DNA from: a virus
Reading direction: 5' to 3' (one strand)
IMG/VR virus record: IMGVR_UViG_3300032307_000622
Coordinates: 32,001-96,000 of that record
DNA length: 64,000 nucleotides
In this document: positions 44,802-55,371 of the stretch, in pieces
Layout: every line of letters starts with the position of its first letter
How positions within the stretch are numbered: position 1 is the stretch's first letter
Position numbers and translations under genes: made by a program
The notes under the pieces: generated by a model
What the model was told of the DNA's origin: nothing
Databases searched by the model: none
Seen by the model: only the letters and a program-made list of their open reading frames with translations

Positions 44802-45466
44802 GCATAAGGTCAGCAGAAGAAGTTTCCAATGGTTTAATAAATACTCCAATGCTTTGGATAAATGAGTATTTAAAAGAAAAGCTGGCAAACTTTTTAGAAA
44901 TTGGAGTTCCATTTTTTCCACCATCGCCAAACACTATAGATGATCTGACAGAAACATTTGTTAATATTGGTGGTCAAAATTATGGATATGGTGGAATTCG
45001 TTGCACCTATGATAGGCTAACAAGGCTTAGAAGATCTCCAATGCCACATATTAAGGGCGAGCAGCTTTTGTATTACTTCTTTGCAACTTCAGAGGGTGTG
45101 ACAGAAAAAATGGTAGCAGTAACAGAGCTAACCCTGAGACTAATGGATCGTGAAGATGAGACTGCAGAAGAGATTAATAATTGGGCCAAGGGTAAGACAT
45201 TTGCTGGACTTTCTCCAAAATTCTACTTTCACAAATTTAGGGTATATCAGCTAGAAGAGGTAGCAGACATCATAGACTTTGGAACAGCCAGAACATATGG
45301 TGGAAACAAGATAATCATTGAATATCAGTATCATTTGGTGCCAGAGCTAAATCCAGAATGGAATGATCCAGATTATCCTAATAATTCTGGAATAAACATA
45401 AATGGTGGAGAAGGTTTTGATGAGACCAAACCATATGATCCAAATAAGTATCTACCTATATCCTAA
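44798..45466 (+). CDS. Putative tail terminator
   Basis: Position immediately before the major tail gene. Confidence 0.55.
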   Translation: MSIRSAEEVSNGLINTPMLWINEYLKEKLANFLEIGVPFFPPSPNTIDDLTETFVNIGGQNYGYGGIRCTYDRLTRLRRSPMPHIKGEQLLYYFFATSEGVTEKMVAVTELTLRLMDREDETAEEINNWAKGKTFAGLSPKFYFHKFRVYQLEEVADIIDFGTARTYGGNKIIIEYQYHLVPELNPEWNDPDYPNNSGININGGEGFDETKPYDPNKYLPIS

Positions 45467-45531
45467 AAGGCTGGTATACTTAACTTGAGGAAACAACGCC
45501 CACTAATTCAAAAGAAGAAGAGGTGAATATT

Positions 45532-46176
45532 ATGGCATATACACGTGGTTCAAGTGCTAACATTATTGTTGGTGCTGCAGCACTATTTACTTATGAAGCT
45601 GGAGACCTTTCAGACACAGACCTACCAGCAGTGGTAGACGGCACATCCTTTAAGGATACGCTAAGTACTGATACAGACTTCCGTAACGTAGGTTACACCA
45701 TGAATGGTTTGGAGCTTCAGTTCCAGCCAGACTTTGGTGAGGTACAGGTTGACCAGGTTCTTGACGTTGCAAAGCTTTACAAGCAGGGCATGCAGGTTAA
45801 CCTAAACACAACCTTCGCAGAAGCAACACTAGAGAATCTACTGTTCGCTCTTGCAGGCCAGGATGATGATCTTGCGAACATCGCATCTGGTCAATGGGCA
45901 GCAGGAAACCCAGCACTAAATCTATCTGCAGGTGACATTGGAGAATGTCCAGTAGAGCGTGGTTTGGTTGCGGTTGGTCCAGGTACAGGTGACTGTGCAA
46001 TTGGTGACGAACTAGAGCGTATTTACGTAGCGTATCGTGCACTTTCGATTGAGAGTGTTACAGTTGGTGCAAAGCGTGATGAGGCTACTATGTTTGAGGT
46101 TTCATTCCGTTTGCTACCAAATGACAGTGCTTCGTACGGTAAGATTGTTGACCGTACAATTCCAGCTCAGTCATAA
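45532..46176 (+). CDS. Major tail tube protein
   Basis: NIIVGAA, VGYT.NG.EL, VDQ.LD, T.AEATLENL motifs. Confidence 0.85.
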   Translation: MAYTRGSSANIIVGAAALFTYEAGDLSDTDLPAVVDGTSFKDTLSTDTDFRNVGYTMNGLELQFQPDFGEVQVDQVLDVAKLYKQGMQVNLNTTFAEATLENLLFALAGQDDDLANIASGQWAAGNPALNLSAGDIGECPVERGLVAVGPGTGDCAIGDELERIYVAYRALSIESVTVGAKRDEATMFEVSFRLLPNDSASYGKIVDRTIPAQS

Positions 46177-46190
46177 ACTATAATTTAATA

Positions 46191-46231
46191 GCAAGGCCGT
46201 TTAGCTTTATAGCTAAGCGGCTTTTGCATTT
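46191..46231 (+). terminator. Intrinsic terminator after the major tail gene
   Basis: GCAAGGCCGTTTAGCT/AGCTAAGCGGCTTTTGC stem. Confidence 0.7.
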
Positions 46232-46245
46232 GGTATACTTATTGG

Positions 46246-46929
46246 ATGCCAACAAAGATATACGACTCAGATACCGTCAGCCTAATAGACGGAACTGAGA
46301 TATACGTGACTCCACTTAAGATCAAGTATCTAAAGGAGTTTATGATTAAGTTTGAAGAGGTCAGAAAGGCAACAAACGATGACCAGGCAATAGACAGCTT
46401 GGTTCAGTGCGTTAAGATTGCCATGAAACAATACTGCCCTAGAATAAAGACTATAGAAGATGTGGAAGATTCAATAGATCTTGCCACAATGTATAAAATA
46501 ATAGATGTTGCAGCTGGCATATCTCTAAAAGAGAATTCTGAAAAGCCTATCAAAGATCAGGCAAATGAGGGAGGAAGCTGGGACGAGCTAGATCTTGCAA
46601 AACTAGAATCTGAAGTATTTTTGCTGGGTATCTGGAAAGACTATGAAGAACTAGAAACATCTCTTTCTATGCCTGAACTAGTTGCAACACTATCCTCAAA
46701 ACGAGAGCTAGACTATCAAAGCAAAAAATTCTTGGCTGCAATCCAGGGCATAGACCTAGATGAGCAATCTGGTAAAAAGGATGCTTGGCAAGAAATGAAG
46801 GCTAGAGTCTTCAGTAGAGGAAAAGCAAAAGATGCAAATGATATAACAGCACTACAAGGCCCAAATGCTCAAAAGGCTGGATTCGGAATTGGCCTAGGCA
46901 TAGGCTATGAGGATTTGACTAAAAAATAA
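46246..46929 (+). CDS. Tail assembly chaperone, long form
   Basis: Between tail tube and tape measure; N-half paralogous to 46983. Confidence 0.7.
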   Translation: MPTKIYDSDTVSLIDGTEIYVTPLKIKYLKEFMIKFEEVRKATNDDQAIDSLVQCVKIAMKQYCPRIKTIEDVEDSIDLATMYKIIDVAAGISLKENSEKPIKDQANEGGSWDELDLAKLESEVFLLGIWKDYEELETSLSMPELVATLSSKRELDYQSKKFLAAIQGIDLDEQSGKKDAWQEMKARVFSRGKAKDANDITALQGPNAQKAGFGIGLGIGYEDLTKK

Positions 46930-46982
46930 GGCCTCCGTGTGTTATAATTGATTGACCCAAAATGGTTATATGAGAGGAAAAA

Positions 46983-47309
46983 ATGTCTACAACAATTAAT
47001 GAGGAAAAGAAAGTCCTACTTATTGATGGCACAGAGATTAGCGTTCGTCCACTAAAGATTTCGCTACTTCGTGACTTCATGAAGAAGTTTGACGATATTT
47101 CAAAGGTTGCTGATGACAACAATAAATCCATGGATATCCTGATGCAGTGTGCTCAAATTGCTATGAAGCAGTACAAGCCAGAAATTGCTGAAGATATCAA
47201 GAAGCTAGAGGACCTTCTAGACCTGCCTACAGTTTACGTAATTGTAGAAGCAGCATCTGGTATCAATCTTGGCGGAACAGGGATTGTTGGAACTACAGCA
47301 GCAAATTAA
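46983..47309 (+). CDS. Tail assembly chaperone, short form
   Basis: LIDGTEI.V.PLKI..L..FM.KF shared with 46246. Confidence 0.7.
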   Translation: MSTTINEEKKVLLIDGTEISVRPLKISLLRDFMKKFDDISKVADDNNKSMDILMQCAQIAMKQYKPEIAEDIKKLEDLLDLPTVYVIVEAASGINLGGTGIVGTTAAN

Positions 47310-47331
47310 CAACGAATAGAGGTGCGAATGA

Positions 47332-50300
47332 ATGGCTGATATTGAGACCAGTATTGGTATCAATCTTGATACGTCCAATGCACTAGCAGCTATTAAGAAT
47401 CTCCAAAGAGAGATTTCAGCCTTTCATACCGCTCTCGCCAGGGGCTCATCAACTGCCGCTGCCGCTTCTGCCAGTCTACAAAAAGACTTAATAAACAACC
47501 TAAATGCTACTGGCAAATTCTCTGCCAGCATGACTAACATTAAGTCAACGACTGAATCATTTACTTCTGCACTAGAAAAAAACAAATTCTCCATGGGAGA
47601 ATACTTCCGCTATGCAGGTGGAGCAAGCAAGACCTTTGGCCAAAACTTTACAAAAGAATTTAACACAATTGAGAAGGTAGCTCGTGAAAGAGTTAAAGAC
47701 CTTCAGACACAGTACATACAGCTTGGAAGAAATGCCAACGGATCTCTAGAAGCAATAAAGATCAGACCAATGGTGCTTGATCTTAAAGATGCTGGAACAC
47801 AGATGCAGATTGCTGCACAAAAGCAGCAAATTTTTAATCAGCTTCTTCAGCAAGGTTCAACAAACCTTTTGAATTTTGGTAAGAACACCCAGTGGGCTGG
47901 TAGACAGCTTATGGTTGGTTTCACTATTCCATTGTCTGTATTCGGAAATCTTGCTGCAAAAACCTTTATGGACCTTGAGAAACAGGCCATTAAGTTTAAG
48001 CGTGTTTATGGAGAGTTATTTACATCTCCAGAAGAAACAGACTCAATGATCAAGTCTCTTCAAGAGCTTGCCTTAGAATTTACGAAATATGGTGTTGCAG
48101 TAGAAAGTACCATGGATCTTGCAGCATCAGCTGCAGCTATGGGTAAAACTGGAACAGATCTTTTGGGGCAGGTTACTGAAGCAAACAGACTAGCAGTCCT
48201 TGGTAACGTAGAACAACAGCAGGCACTAGAAACAACTATTTCTGTAACCAATGCTTTTGGGGTAGCGACAGAAGACCTTGCTAGCAAAATTGACTTTTTG
48301 AACGCAGTTGAAAACCAAACTGTAACATCTATTGAAGACTTGACCATTGCCATTCCTAAAGCAGGTCCAGTTGTTCAACAGCTTGGTGGAAACGTAGAAG
48401 ACCTAGCTTTCTTCCTGACAGCGATGAAGGAAGGTGGAATTAATGCATCTGAAGGTGCTAACGCTCTAAAGTCTGGTCTTGCATCTTTGATTAACCCAAC
48501 AGGCAGAGCAGCAGAAATGCTTTCTGGATTTGGAATTAACATCAAGGGCATTGTTGAGGCCAACAAGGGTGACGTTAAGGGTATCGTAATTGATTTTGCA
48601 AAAGCCTTAGACACACTAGACCCACTAAACCGTGCACAGGCAATTGAGCAGCTATTTGGTAAGTTCCAGTTTTCACGTCTTTCCACTCTATTCCAAAACG
48701 TAATTGCCGAAGGTACTCAGGCAGAAAGAGTTTTGGCACTAACAAATGCAACCACAGCTGAGCTAGCAGCTTTGTCAGAAAAAGAACTTGGAAGTGTTGC
48801 AGATTCTACAACCTTTAGATTCCAAAAAGCTATTGAAGAATTGAGGGTAGCGATTGCACCAATTGGAGAACAATTCTTAAAAGCAGTTACTCCAATTCTA
48901 GAATTTGTAACTAAAATTTTAAACTCTTTCAACTCTATGAATGAGGGAGTCAGAAACTTTGTTGTTGTTGGTGGAGCAATTCTGGCAGGTCTTGGTCCAG
49001 TATTCTTAATGCTATTTGGTCTTTTAGCCAATGGTGTAGCCAATATAATTAAGGGATTCTCTGCAGTCAGAGGCCTATTCCAAAAAACCAAAGAGTCTAC
49101 AACGACCCTTGGTGAACAAATGGACTACATGACTCGTGAACAGTTGGAGGCAGCAGCTGTAGCATCTTCTTTGGAACGTGCACACATGCAACTAGAGCAA
49201 AGGTTCACTTCTGAAAAAGATGCGGTAATAAGGCTTATTGAAGTTTACAATAAGGCTATTCAGGCAAAAGCTAGATTCTCAACTGTTCCTGGTGTTGGTC
49301 CTGCAACAGGAATAAAGCTTGCATCTGGAATTGTTTCAGTTCCTGGTCCAAAGGGTGCTGGAGACATTGTTCCTGCAATGCTTTCTCCAGGTGAGGCAGT
49401 TATTCCAGCAGATAAGGCCAAGCAATATGCACCACTGATTAATGCAATGATTTCTGGAAACATACCTGGATACCAGTTTGGTAAAAAGGCCGATATTGCA
49501 CAAGGATTTAGATCTACTGGAAGTTTCTACACCAATGCTTCTCATATGGCAGGCCTTGATCCAGAATCACTTATGGCAAGTGTTAGAGCTGCTGGCCAGG
49601 CTGATGTGGAATTTGGCGATCTAGAAATTAGGCTTGTAAAGCTAGTTCCAATTCTAGATGAATACGGAAAACAAATTGAGCTTAATGGTAAAAAGCAGCT
49701 AGAGGCAATAGAAACAATTAAGAGGGTAAGAGATTTAACAGAAGAGGATGTTAAGGATCAAACTGCTTTTGTGCGTGGTCAAACTTTTGGTGGAACAACA
49801 GTTCTAGAATCAGCTGCAAGAAATTCTGGTGCATATGAGGCATCTCGTAGAGCACTTGCAAGGCAAGGTATTGATGGTGCAAGAGGTGCTTCATTTACTC
49901 TACAAGACGTAGTGTCCATGGGAGAAGGTGCTGAGTTAGCACTTGAGCAGGCAGCTTCTAGCGGACAAGACATGGCAACTGCATTTAATAAAAATGCAAA
50001 AAGATCAGAGCAGGTTCAGGCTGAGCTAGAGCTGCTTGTCAGAGAAGCAAGGGAAGCTCGTGAAGCCCTTTCCTCATCTAGCTCAATTGAAAAGCAGTAT
50101 GCTTTTTCTAGAGACAGAGCAGTTACAGGAATACAGCAAGCACTACTAAGAGATAACCAGTATTCTTCTGACATCGAAAGGGCAGCAGAGGCACAGAGAA
50201 GGGTCGCTACTGTTGACCAACAATATGCAAGATTGCGTCAGAGTGGTTTGGATGAGGTAGAGGCATTAACAAGAGCACAGTCAATGCTTCAAGCTAAAAT

Positions 50301-53300
50301 GGTTTCTGCCTCTACGGCAGTGGATGGCTTTATTACCATTGTTGCTGGACAAGGTTCTGCATCCAAGTTTGCCCTAAGGCCAACAGCAGCATTTGGAAAG
50401 GCCGCATCAAGAGGTTACAGTATTGAGGGCGGACCAGAGGCTATTTCTGCAGGTCGTGGGCCAAGTGCAGCTGACTTAATGACAAAACGTGTAAAAGAAA
50501 TAGAGGCACTTGGACATAGCACAGAAATAGCTATGCAGATGGCATTTGATGAAATTATGGATGCCGCAAGACGAGGACTAAGAATTAGTTCTCCTTCAGG
50601 AACATTTGACGAGCTAGCCATGAATGTAGAGGCTGGTGTTAATCAAGCAGGCCCAGAAGTAAGGGAAGCTGGTCAAGCATTGGGCACAGGAGTCGCTCAA
50701 TCAGTTAATGCAGTTGCTCAAAAAATTTACAAGGTACCAGGTGCAAGACGTGCTACAACAGACCAGTCTGTATACTTGCAGGCTATGTCAGATCAGATAT
50801 CTGGAATTGTTGCAAGAGGTGCTCAAACACAAAATAGATTTATTTCACCAAATGTGGGTCCAGCCACCATGGCATCAGACATAGCATCAAGAAAGCTACT
50901 CCTGGTTGCAGGAAATGCAGAAGAGGCATCTTCTAAACTAAGTAGCTTTGGCACTAAGGCAATGAATGCTAGCTTTGCCATGAGCTCCATAGCTGCAGCA
51001 TCATCTATATTTGGAAATGATCTTGGCTGGCTTAGCGAAGCAATTTACGGAATTACAACAGGTTTGTTTGCTCTTACAGGAATCGTACAGGTTCTCTCTA
51101 TGCTTGAGGCTAAACGAGCTGCAATTGCAGCAAAAGAAGGTGCAAAGAATCTTATTGATGGAATCCTGAATGCACTTTCTGGAACAAAGATTGGTCAATC
51201 AGTAACCATGGCTGGTGGATTGGGTGCCTTAAAAACTGGTAAGCTGTCAACAAATCTTTCAAACTTAGCTGTAATAGCTAGAACACTTTGGTCCAACCTA
51301 AGCTGGGTAAGCCAGGGTCTGTTAAAACTAGCTCCAATTGTTGGAATGTCTGTTATAGCATTTGGTGCGATTGCTCAAGCCTCAAAGGATAGTAGAGCAA
51401 GACTTGACTTTATGGGTAAGGCTGCATTCACGGCAGGAGAAAATCTTAAAGCAATTGCTGGAATCATTGGCTTTGATCCAATCAGAGATCCTTCAGAGTA
51501 TGGAAGAGGAATACAAGCTCCTGCTACTGGAACAAGTGTTTCAGAACAAATTGGTGCAAGCGATCTGGCAAATAGCGATGCACTAAATAGTCTTATTGCA
51601 GAAAATGGAACTTATTTCCAAGAGTTTGAAGGATTGAAGAAGGCATCACTTGAACAAGCTGGACAACAGATGACTTCGCTCATGAATCAGCTTATTGCCA
51701 TTTCTCCTGAGGGTACCGATATATCTAAGATTAGAGAGTTCGTTATTGCTCTTGCAAACAAGGCTGGAAAAGAAGGAATAACTCTAGGAATTGCAGTAAA
51801 TCCATATGCAGACCCAGAAACATTTGATCAGAATATTTCAGCAGTTATTGAAGATTTGCAAGGCAGAACTACTGAGCTTGCTACTGATATAGTTGAAAGA
51901 CAAAGAGAACTTTCTCCAAGTGGTCAGCCAATTAAATCAGGTTCATCAAAGGGAAGGCAACTACAGGTTCAATTTGGGGCTGATGCTAGACAAGTCTTTA
52001 ATGAAACAGCCTCAGCTTTTGAACAACTCAGAACAGCTCTAGGTGCAGGAACTATTGGACTAGACGAGTTTAACCTTCGTTCAGAAACACTAACCAACAA
52101 CTTAAAGAATATACCATCACTAATTGCAAGTCCAGCAATGAATGAGCTAATAGCAACCTATGGAATTGATGGAGAGCTTGTTTCTGGAATAACAAATCTG
52201 ACCAATAAGCTTGCACTTCTTCAAGCACTTCAGATGGGGGCAGTAGTTGATCCTGCAATCATAACTGCACTTGATGCTGCTGATGATGCTAATGCCACTG
52301 ATGCCGAAAAGGCTGCAGGAGCACAAGCCCTGATAGATCTTGAAAATGCAAAGGAGGCCGCAATTGAAGATACTATTGATGCTTCTAAAAAATTAGCTGA
52401 GCAAAATATAAAGACTCAGGCATCTGTAGACCTATCCGCCATAGAAACTGAGATAACTCAAAATAAAGAAATACTTGATCTGGCACCAAAGCTTGTTAAA
52501 GCTGGTATGGACGAGGCTGATGCATATGAGGCATTGACTGATGCAAAGTGGCAGAATATTTTTGCTAGTGCAAAGATTAAAGACTTAGAGGCAGACCCAG
52601 ATGGAAATGTCACAACAAATATTGATGCTGCTGTAGAAGCCTACAATAGATGGAAGGGTAGCATAGAGGCAGTTGATGATGCAAATGAAAAGGCTACATC
52701 TTTAAAGAATTTTGATGACTATGTTAAGGACCTAGAGGAAGATAAAAAGATCAAGGCTGATCTTGAATCTAATTCAAAATTGGCAGCAGATGCTCAGCTA
52801 ATTCTTAATAATGAAATGCTAAAATCAGCATATGTTGCTGCAGTTGCTAACGGAACTGTTGATGAGTTTATCACAACCCTTGCTAAATATAAAAACCTTG
52901 CTCCAGCTACTGGTGGTACTGCAGAACAAACTCCTTTTGAGCAAGCAATTGAGCAGCTAAAGGATCAAAGAAAAGAAATTATCAACACGTCTTCAGCATT
53001 CAACAAACTTAGGTCTGCTGGAGTTGAGGTTACTAAAGCATTTAGAATTGCCAAAGATCCAATTCTTGCTGCTGCTTTGGCTGCAGAAAAGGTTGGTACC
53101 AAAAAGTGGAAAGAACTTGTTGCTCTTATAAATAAGGTTAATGCAGAAGCAGCTGTAGCAGAACTAAGAAATCTAACTAATCAGAATATTGCAGAGTCTG
53201 AGACTACTCAGCAAATAGCTTCTATCGAAAAGTACCTATCTAAGATTGGATATACTGCTGAGCAGGTTGAAAGGGTCACATCTCAGATCGGAAACAACCC

Positions 53301-54708
53301 AGACATTCTTAAGAAGTTTGCTGATGACATTAAGGATGGAAAGGTTAACGCAAAATCAATTAGAGACTATCTTGCATCAGTTAAAAACATTAAGATTGGC
53401 CTGACTATTGAAGACATGGAAAATAAGGTTAACCAAGCTTTCTCAGATATATCTGCTGCCTTTGCTGCAAAGAGAGAGCAGATAAGTATTGATTTTGAAA
53501 TGGGCACAAATATCAGTGGTAAGAATAAGATTAATCCATTAACAGGTCTACCATACAACACAACTGCAATTCAAAAATCTATCAAGGAAGCACAGGAATA
53601 TATTGCAGAAAGAGAATTCTCAATAGATAACTATGAGTACCAGCTCATGGGCATTCAAGAAAAAGAAGAAAAGATTAATGAATCCTATGACAAGAGAATT
53701 GATGCCCTTGACAAGGTTCAAAAGCTTAATGAAAAGAATGCACAAATTGGTAAAGACCAGCTCAACATTGCCAATGCTCTAGCAACAGGAGACATTGCGG
53801 CAGCAGCAGCAGCTGTCCAGGAGGCAAGACAAAACGAAGCATCCAGAGCTATTGATTCTCAAAAGAATGCTCTTGAGGCTGCAAGAGAAGTAGAGCTTTC
53901 TAAAGTTCTTGCTACCAATGGAATGACTCGTGTTCAAATTGAATCTAAGATTAAAACACTTAAGGATGAAATTCTTAAAAAAGAAGAAGAGACTCTTGAG
54001 CCACAGCAAAGAGCTTTGGACCTAGCTAATGGCTACAAAGACGCAGCAGATAAGTCAGTAACATATCTTGAGAAAAATGAGTCAGAGTGGAAGAAGATAG
54101 AGAATGGAGTTAGGCTTGCTAAGGTAGAGGCTGAGGGGTACAAGAAGGCTATTGAAGATGCTATCGCACTAATACCACAACTACAAGCAGGATTTGCTGC
54201 AGGCGGACTTGGCAATAATGGACAAAATGTAGATCCAAACAAGGCAAGAATTGATGCTCTGAACAAGCAGATTACTGCTAACCGCACAGCAGTAGCAGCA
54301 AGTAAGGGAACCACAGCAAATGACAAGAGGTTGATGGCACAAAACGTTAAGCTAATCAAGGAGTTGCGTGACCTAACTGGAGATCCAACTGCTGGAAAGC
54401 CAACCAAAAAGAACTGGGGTGGACTTATTAAGAAGTTCTCTATGGGAGGATTTGCGATGGGTAGCGATACAGTTCCAGCAATGCTAACACCAGGTGAGTT
54501 TGTAGTTAGAAAATATGCCGTTAAGGATTTTGGATTGGACAGGTTGAAGTCAATAAATAACGGAACCTTCAATGGCGAATCAGTGTATAATTATGAGTTG
54601 AACGTGAATATGTCTGGAACAAATCTAAGTGCAGACGATGTTGCAAGAACTGTTATATCTAAGATTAAGCAGATAGATTCACAAAGAATAAGAGGAAATA
54701 GTTTCTAA
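47332..54708 (+). CDS. Tape measure protein
   Basis: 2458 aa, Ala-rich and helical; TP901-like core; D.VPAML.PGE motifs. Confidence 0.93.
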   Translation: MADIETSIGINLDTSNALAAIKNLQREISAFHTALARGSSTAAAASASLQKDLINNLNATGKFSASMTNIKSTTESFTSALEKNKFSMGEYFRYAGGASKTFGQNFTKEFNTIEKVARERVKDLQTQYIQLGRNANGSLEAIKIRPMVLDLKDAGTQMQIAAQKQQIFNQLLQQGSTNLLNFGKNTQWAGRQLMVGFTIPLSVFGNLAAKTFMDLEKQAIKFKRVYGELFTSPEETDSMIKSLQELALEFTKYGVAVESTMDLAASAAAMGKTGTDLLGQVTEANRLAVLGNVEQQQALETTISVTNAFGVATEDLASKIDFLNAVENQTVTSIEDLTIAIPKAGPVVQQLGGNVEDLAFFLTAMKEGGINASEGANALKSGLASLINPTGRAAEMLSGFGINIKGIVEANKGDVKGIVIDFAKALDTLDPLNRAQAIEQLFGKFQFSRLSTLFQNVIAEGTQAERVLALTNATTAELAALSEKELGSVADSTTFRFQKAIEELRVAIAPIGEQFLKAVTPILEFVTKILNSFNSMNEGVRNFVVVGGAILAGLGPVFLMLFGLLANGVANIIKGFSAVRGLFQKTKESTTTLGEQMDYMTREQLEAAAVASSLERAHMQLEQRFTSEKDAVIRLIEVYNKAIQAKARFSTVPGVGPATGIKLASGIVSVPGPKGAGDIVPAMLSPGEAVIPADKAKQYAPLINAMISGNIPGYQFGKKADIAQGFRSTGSFYTNASHMAGLDPESLMASVRAAGQADVEFGDLEIRLVKLVPILDEYGKQIELNGKKQLEAIETIKRVRDLTEEDVKDQTAFVRGQTFGGTTVLESAARNSGAYEASRRALARQGIDGARGASFTLQDVVSMGEGAELALEQAASSGQDMATAFNKNAKRSEQVQAELELLVREAREAREALSSSSSIEKQYAFSRDRAVTGIQQALLRDNQYSSDIERAAEAQRRVATVDQQYARLRQSGLDEVEALTRAQSMLQAKMVSASTAVDGFITIVAGQGSASKFALRPTAAFGKAASRGYSIEGGPEAISAGRGPSAADLMTKRVKEIEALGHSTEIAMQMAFDEIMDAARRGLRISSPSGTFDELAMNVEAGVNQAGPEVREAGQALGTGVAQSVNAVAQKIYKVPGARRATTDQSVYLQAMSDQISGIVARGAQTQNRFISPNVGPATMASDIASRKLLLVAGNAEEASSKLSSFGTKAMNASFAMSSIAAASSIFGNDLGWLSEAIYGITTGLFALTGIVQVLSMLEAKRAAIAAKEGAKNLIDGILNALSGTKIGQSVTMAGGLGALKTGKLSTNLSNLAVIARTLWSNLSWVSQGLLKLAPIVGMSVIAFGAIAQASKDSRARLDFMGKAAFTAGENLKAIAGIIGFDPIRDPSEYGRGIQAPATGTSVSEQIGASDLANSDALNSLIAENGTYFQEFEGLKKASLEQAGQQMTSLMNQLIAISPEGTDISKIREFVIALANKAGKEGITLGIAVNPYADPETFDQNISAVIEDLQGRTTELATDIVERQRELSPSGQPIKSGSSKGRQLQVQFGADARQVFNETASAFEQLRTALGAGTIGLDEFNLRSETLTNNLKNIPSLIASPAMNELIATYGIDGELVSGITNLTNKLALLQALQMGAVVDPAIITALDAADDANATDAEKAAGAQALIDLENAKEAAIEDTIDASKKLAEQNIKTQASVDLSAIETEITQNKEILDLAPKLVKAGMDEADAYEALTDAKWQNIFASAKIKDLEADPDGNVTTNIDAAVEAYNRWKGSIEAVDDANEKATSLKNFDDYVKDLEEDKKIKADLESNSKLAADAQLILNNEMLKSAYVAAVANGTVDEFITTLAKYKNLAPATGGTAEQTPFEQAIEQLKDQRKEIINTSSAFNKLRSAGVEVTKAFRIAKDPILAAALAAEKVGTKKWKELVALINKVNAEAAVAELRNLTNQNIAESETTQQIASIEKYLSKIGYTAEQVERVTSQIGNNPDILKKFADDIKDGKVNAKSIRDYLASVKNIKIGLTIEDMENKVNQAFSDISAAFAAKREQISIDFEMGTNISGKNKINPLTGLPYNTTAIQKSIKEAQEYIAEREFSIDNYEYQLMGIQEKEEKINESYDKRIDALDKVQKLNEKNAQIGKDQLNIANALATGDIAAAAAAVQEARQNEASRAIDSQKNALEAAREVELSKVLATNGMTRVQIESKIKTLKDEILKKEEETLEPQQRALDLANGYKDAADKSVTYLEKNESEWKKIENGVRLAKVEAEGYKKAIEDAIALIPQLQAGFAAGGLGNNGQNVDPNKARIDALNKQITANRTAVAASKGTTANDKRLMAQNVKLIKELRDLTGDPTAGKPTKKNWGGLIKKFSMGGFAMGSDTVPAMLTPGEFVVRKYAVKDFGLDRLKSINNGTFNGESVYNYELNVNMSGTNLSADDVARTVISKIKQIDSQRIRGNSF

Positions 54709-55370
54709 TGGCTACCAATAATTATATGTCTGGAAGAAGAAAGTATGACAGGCCACAAGCCCTGCTATTTTCAGAAAACCCAGGAGTAATTGATGATGGA
54801 GCTCGTGTTCCAATTGGACATGAGTCTGGCACAAATACTGTTTCAGTATCTAACCCAAGGCTGCTAGACCAGTTTATGATTCTTTCTGACGATAATCGTC
54901 AACCAATAGATGTAAAAATTATTAGAATAGAAAATCGTGAACGTATGGTTAATGGGAGGATGCGTTCACATCATATAGCAGACAAGAGATCCTTCTCTAT
55001 TTCTTGGACCATGCTTCCATCTAGGTCATTTTCATCTAAGCCAAATTTTTCAATTAATACTGGAGAAACAGGCCTCAATGTTTCTGGAAGTCCTACGTTA
55101 GCCGATAATAGGTATACGACAGATGGTGGTGCAGGTGGTGTAGAACTAAAAGACTGGTATGACAGACACAAAGGATCTTTTTGGGTTTTTGTAGCATACG
55201 ACAATTATAAAGAGCTTGGTCTGGCTCATCCAAACAACATTCTTGCAACGCTACAAAGATATAATGAAGTTGTAGAAATGTACATAACAGACTTCAATTA
55301 TTCAATTCAGAAGCGTGGTGGAACGAACTACGACTTGTGGAATATATCAATGACACTTGAGGAAGTTTAG
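54708..55370 (+). CDS. Distal tail-like minor tail protein
   Basis: Directly after the tape measure; ends W...MTLEEV. Confidence 0.7.
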   Translation: MATNNYMSGRRKYDRPQALLFSENPGVIDDGARVPIGHESGTNTVSVSNPRLLDQFMILSDDNRQPIDVKIIRIENRERMVNGRMRSHHIADKRSFSISWTMLPSRSFSSKPNFSINTGETGLNVSGSPTLADNRYTTDGGAGGVELKDWYDRHKGSFWVFVAYDNYKELGLAHPNNILATLQRYNEVVEMYITDFNYSIQKRGGTNYDLWNISMTLEEV

Positions 55371-55371
55371 T

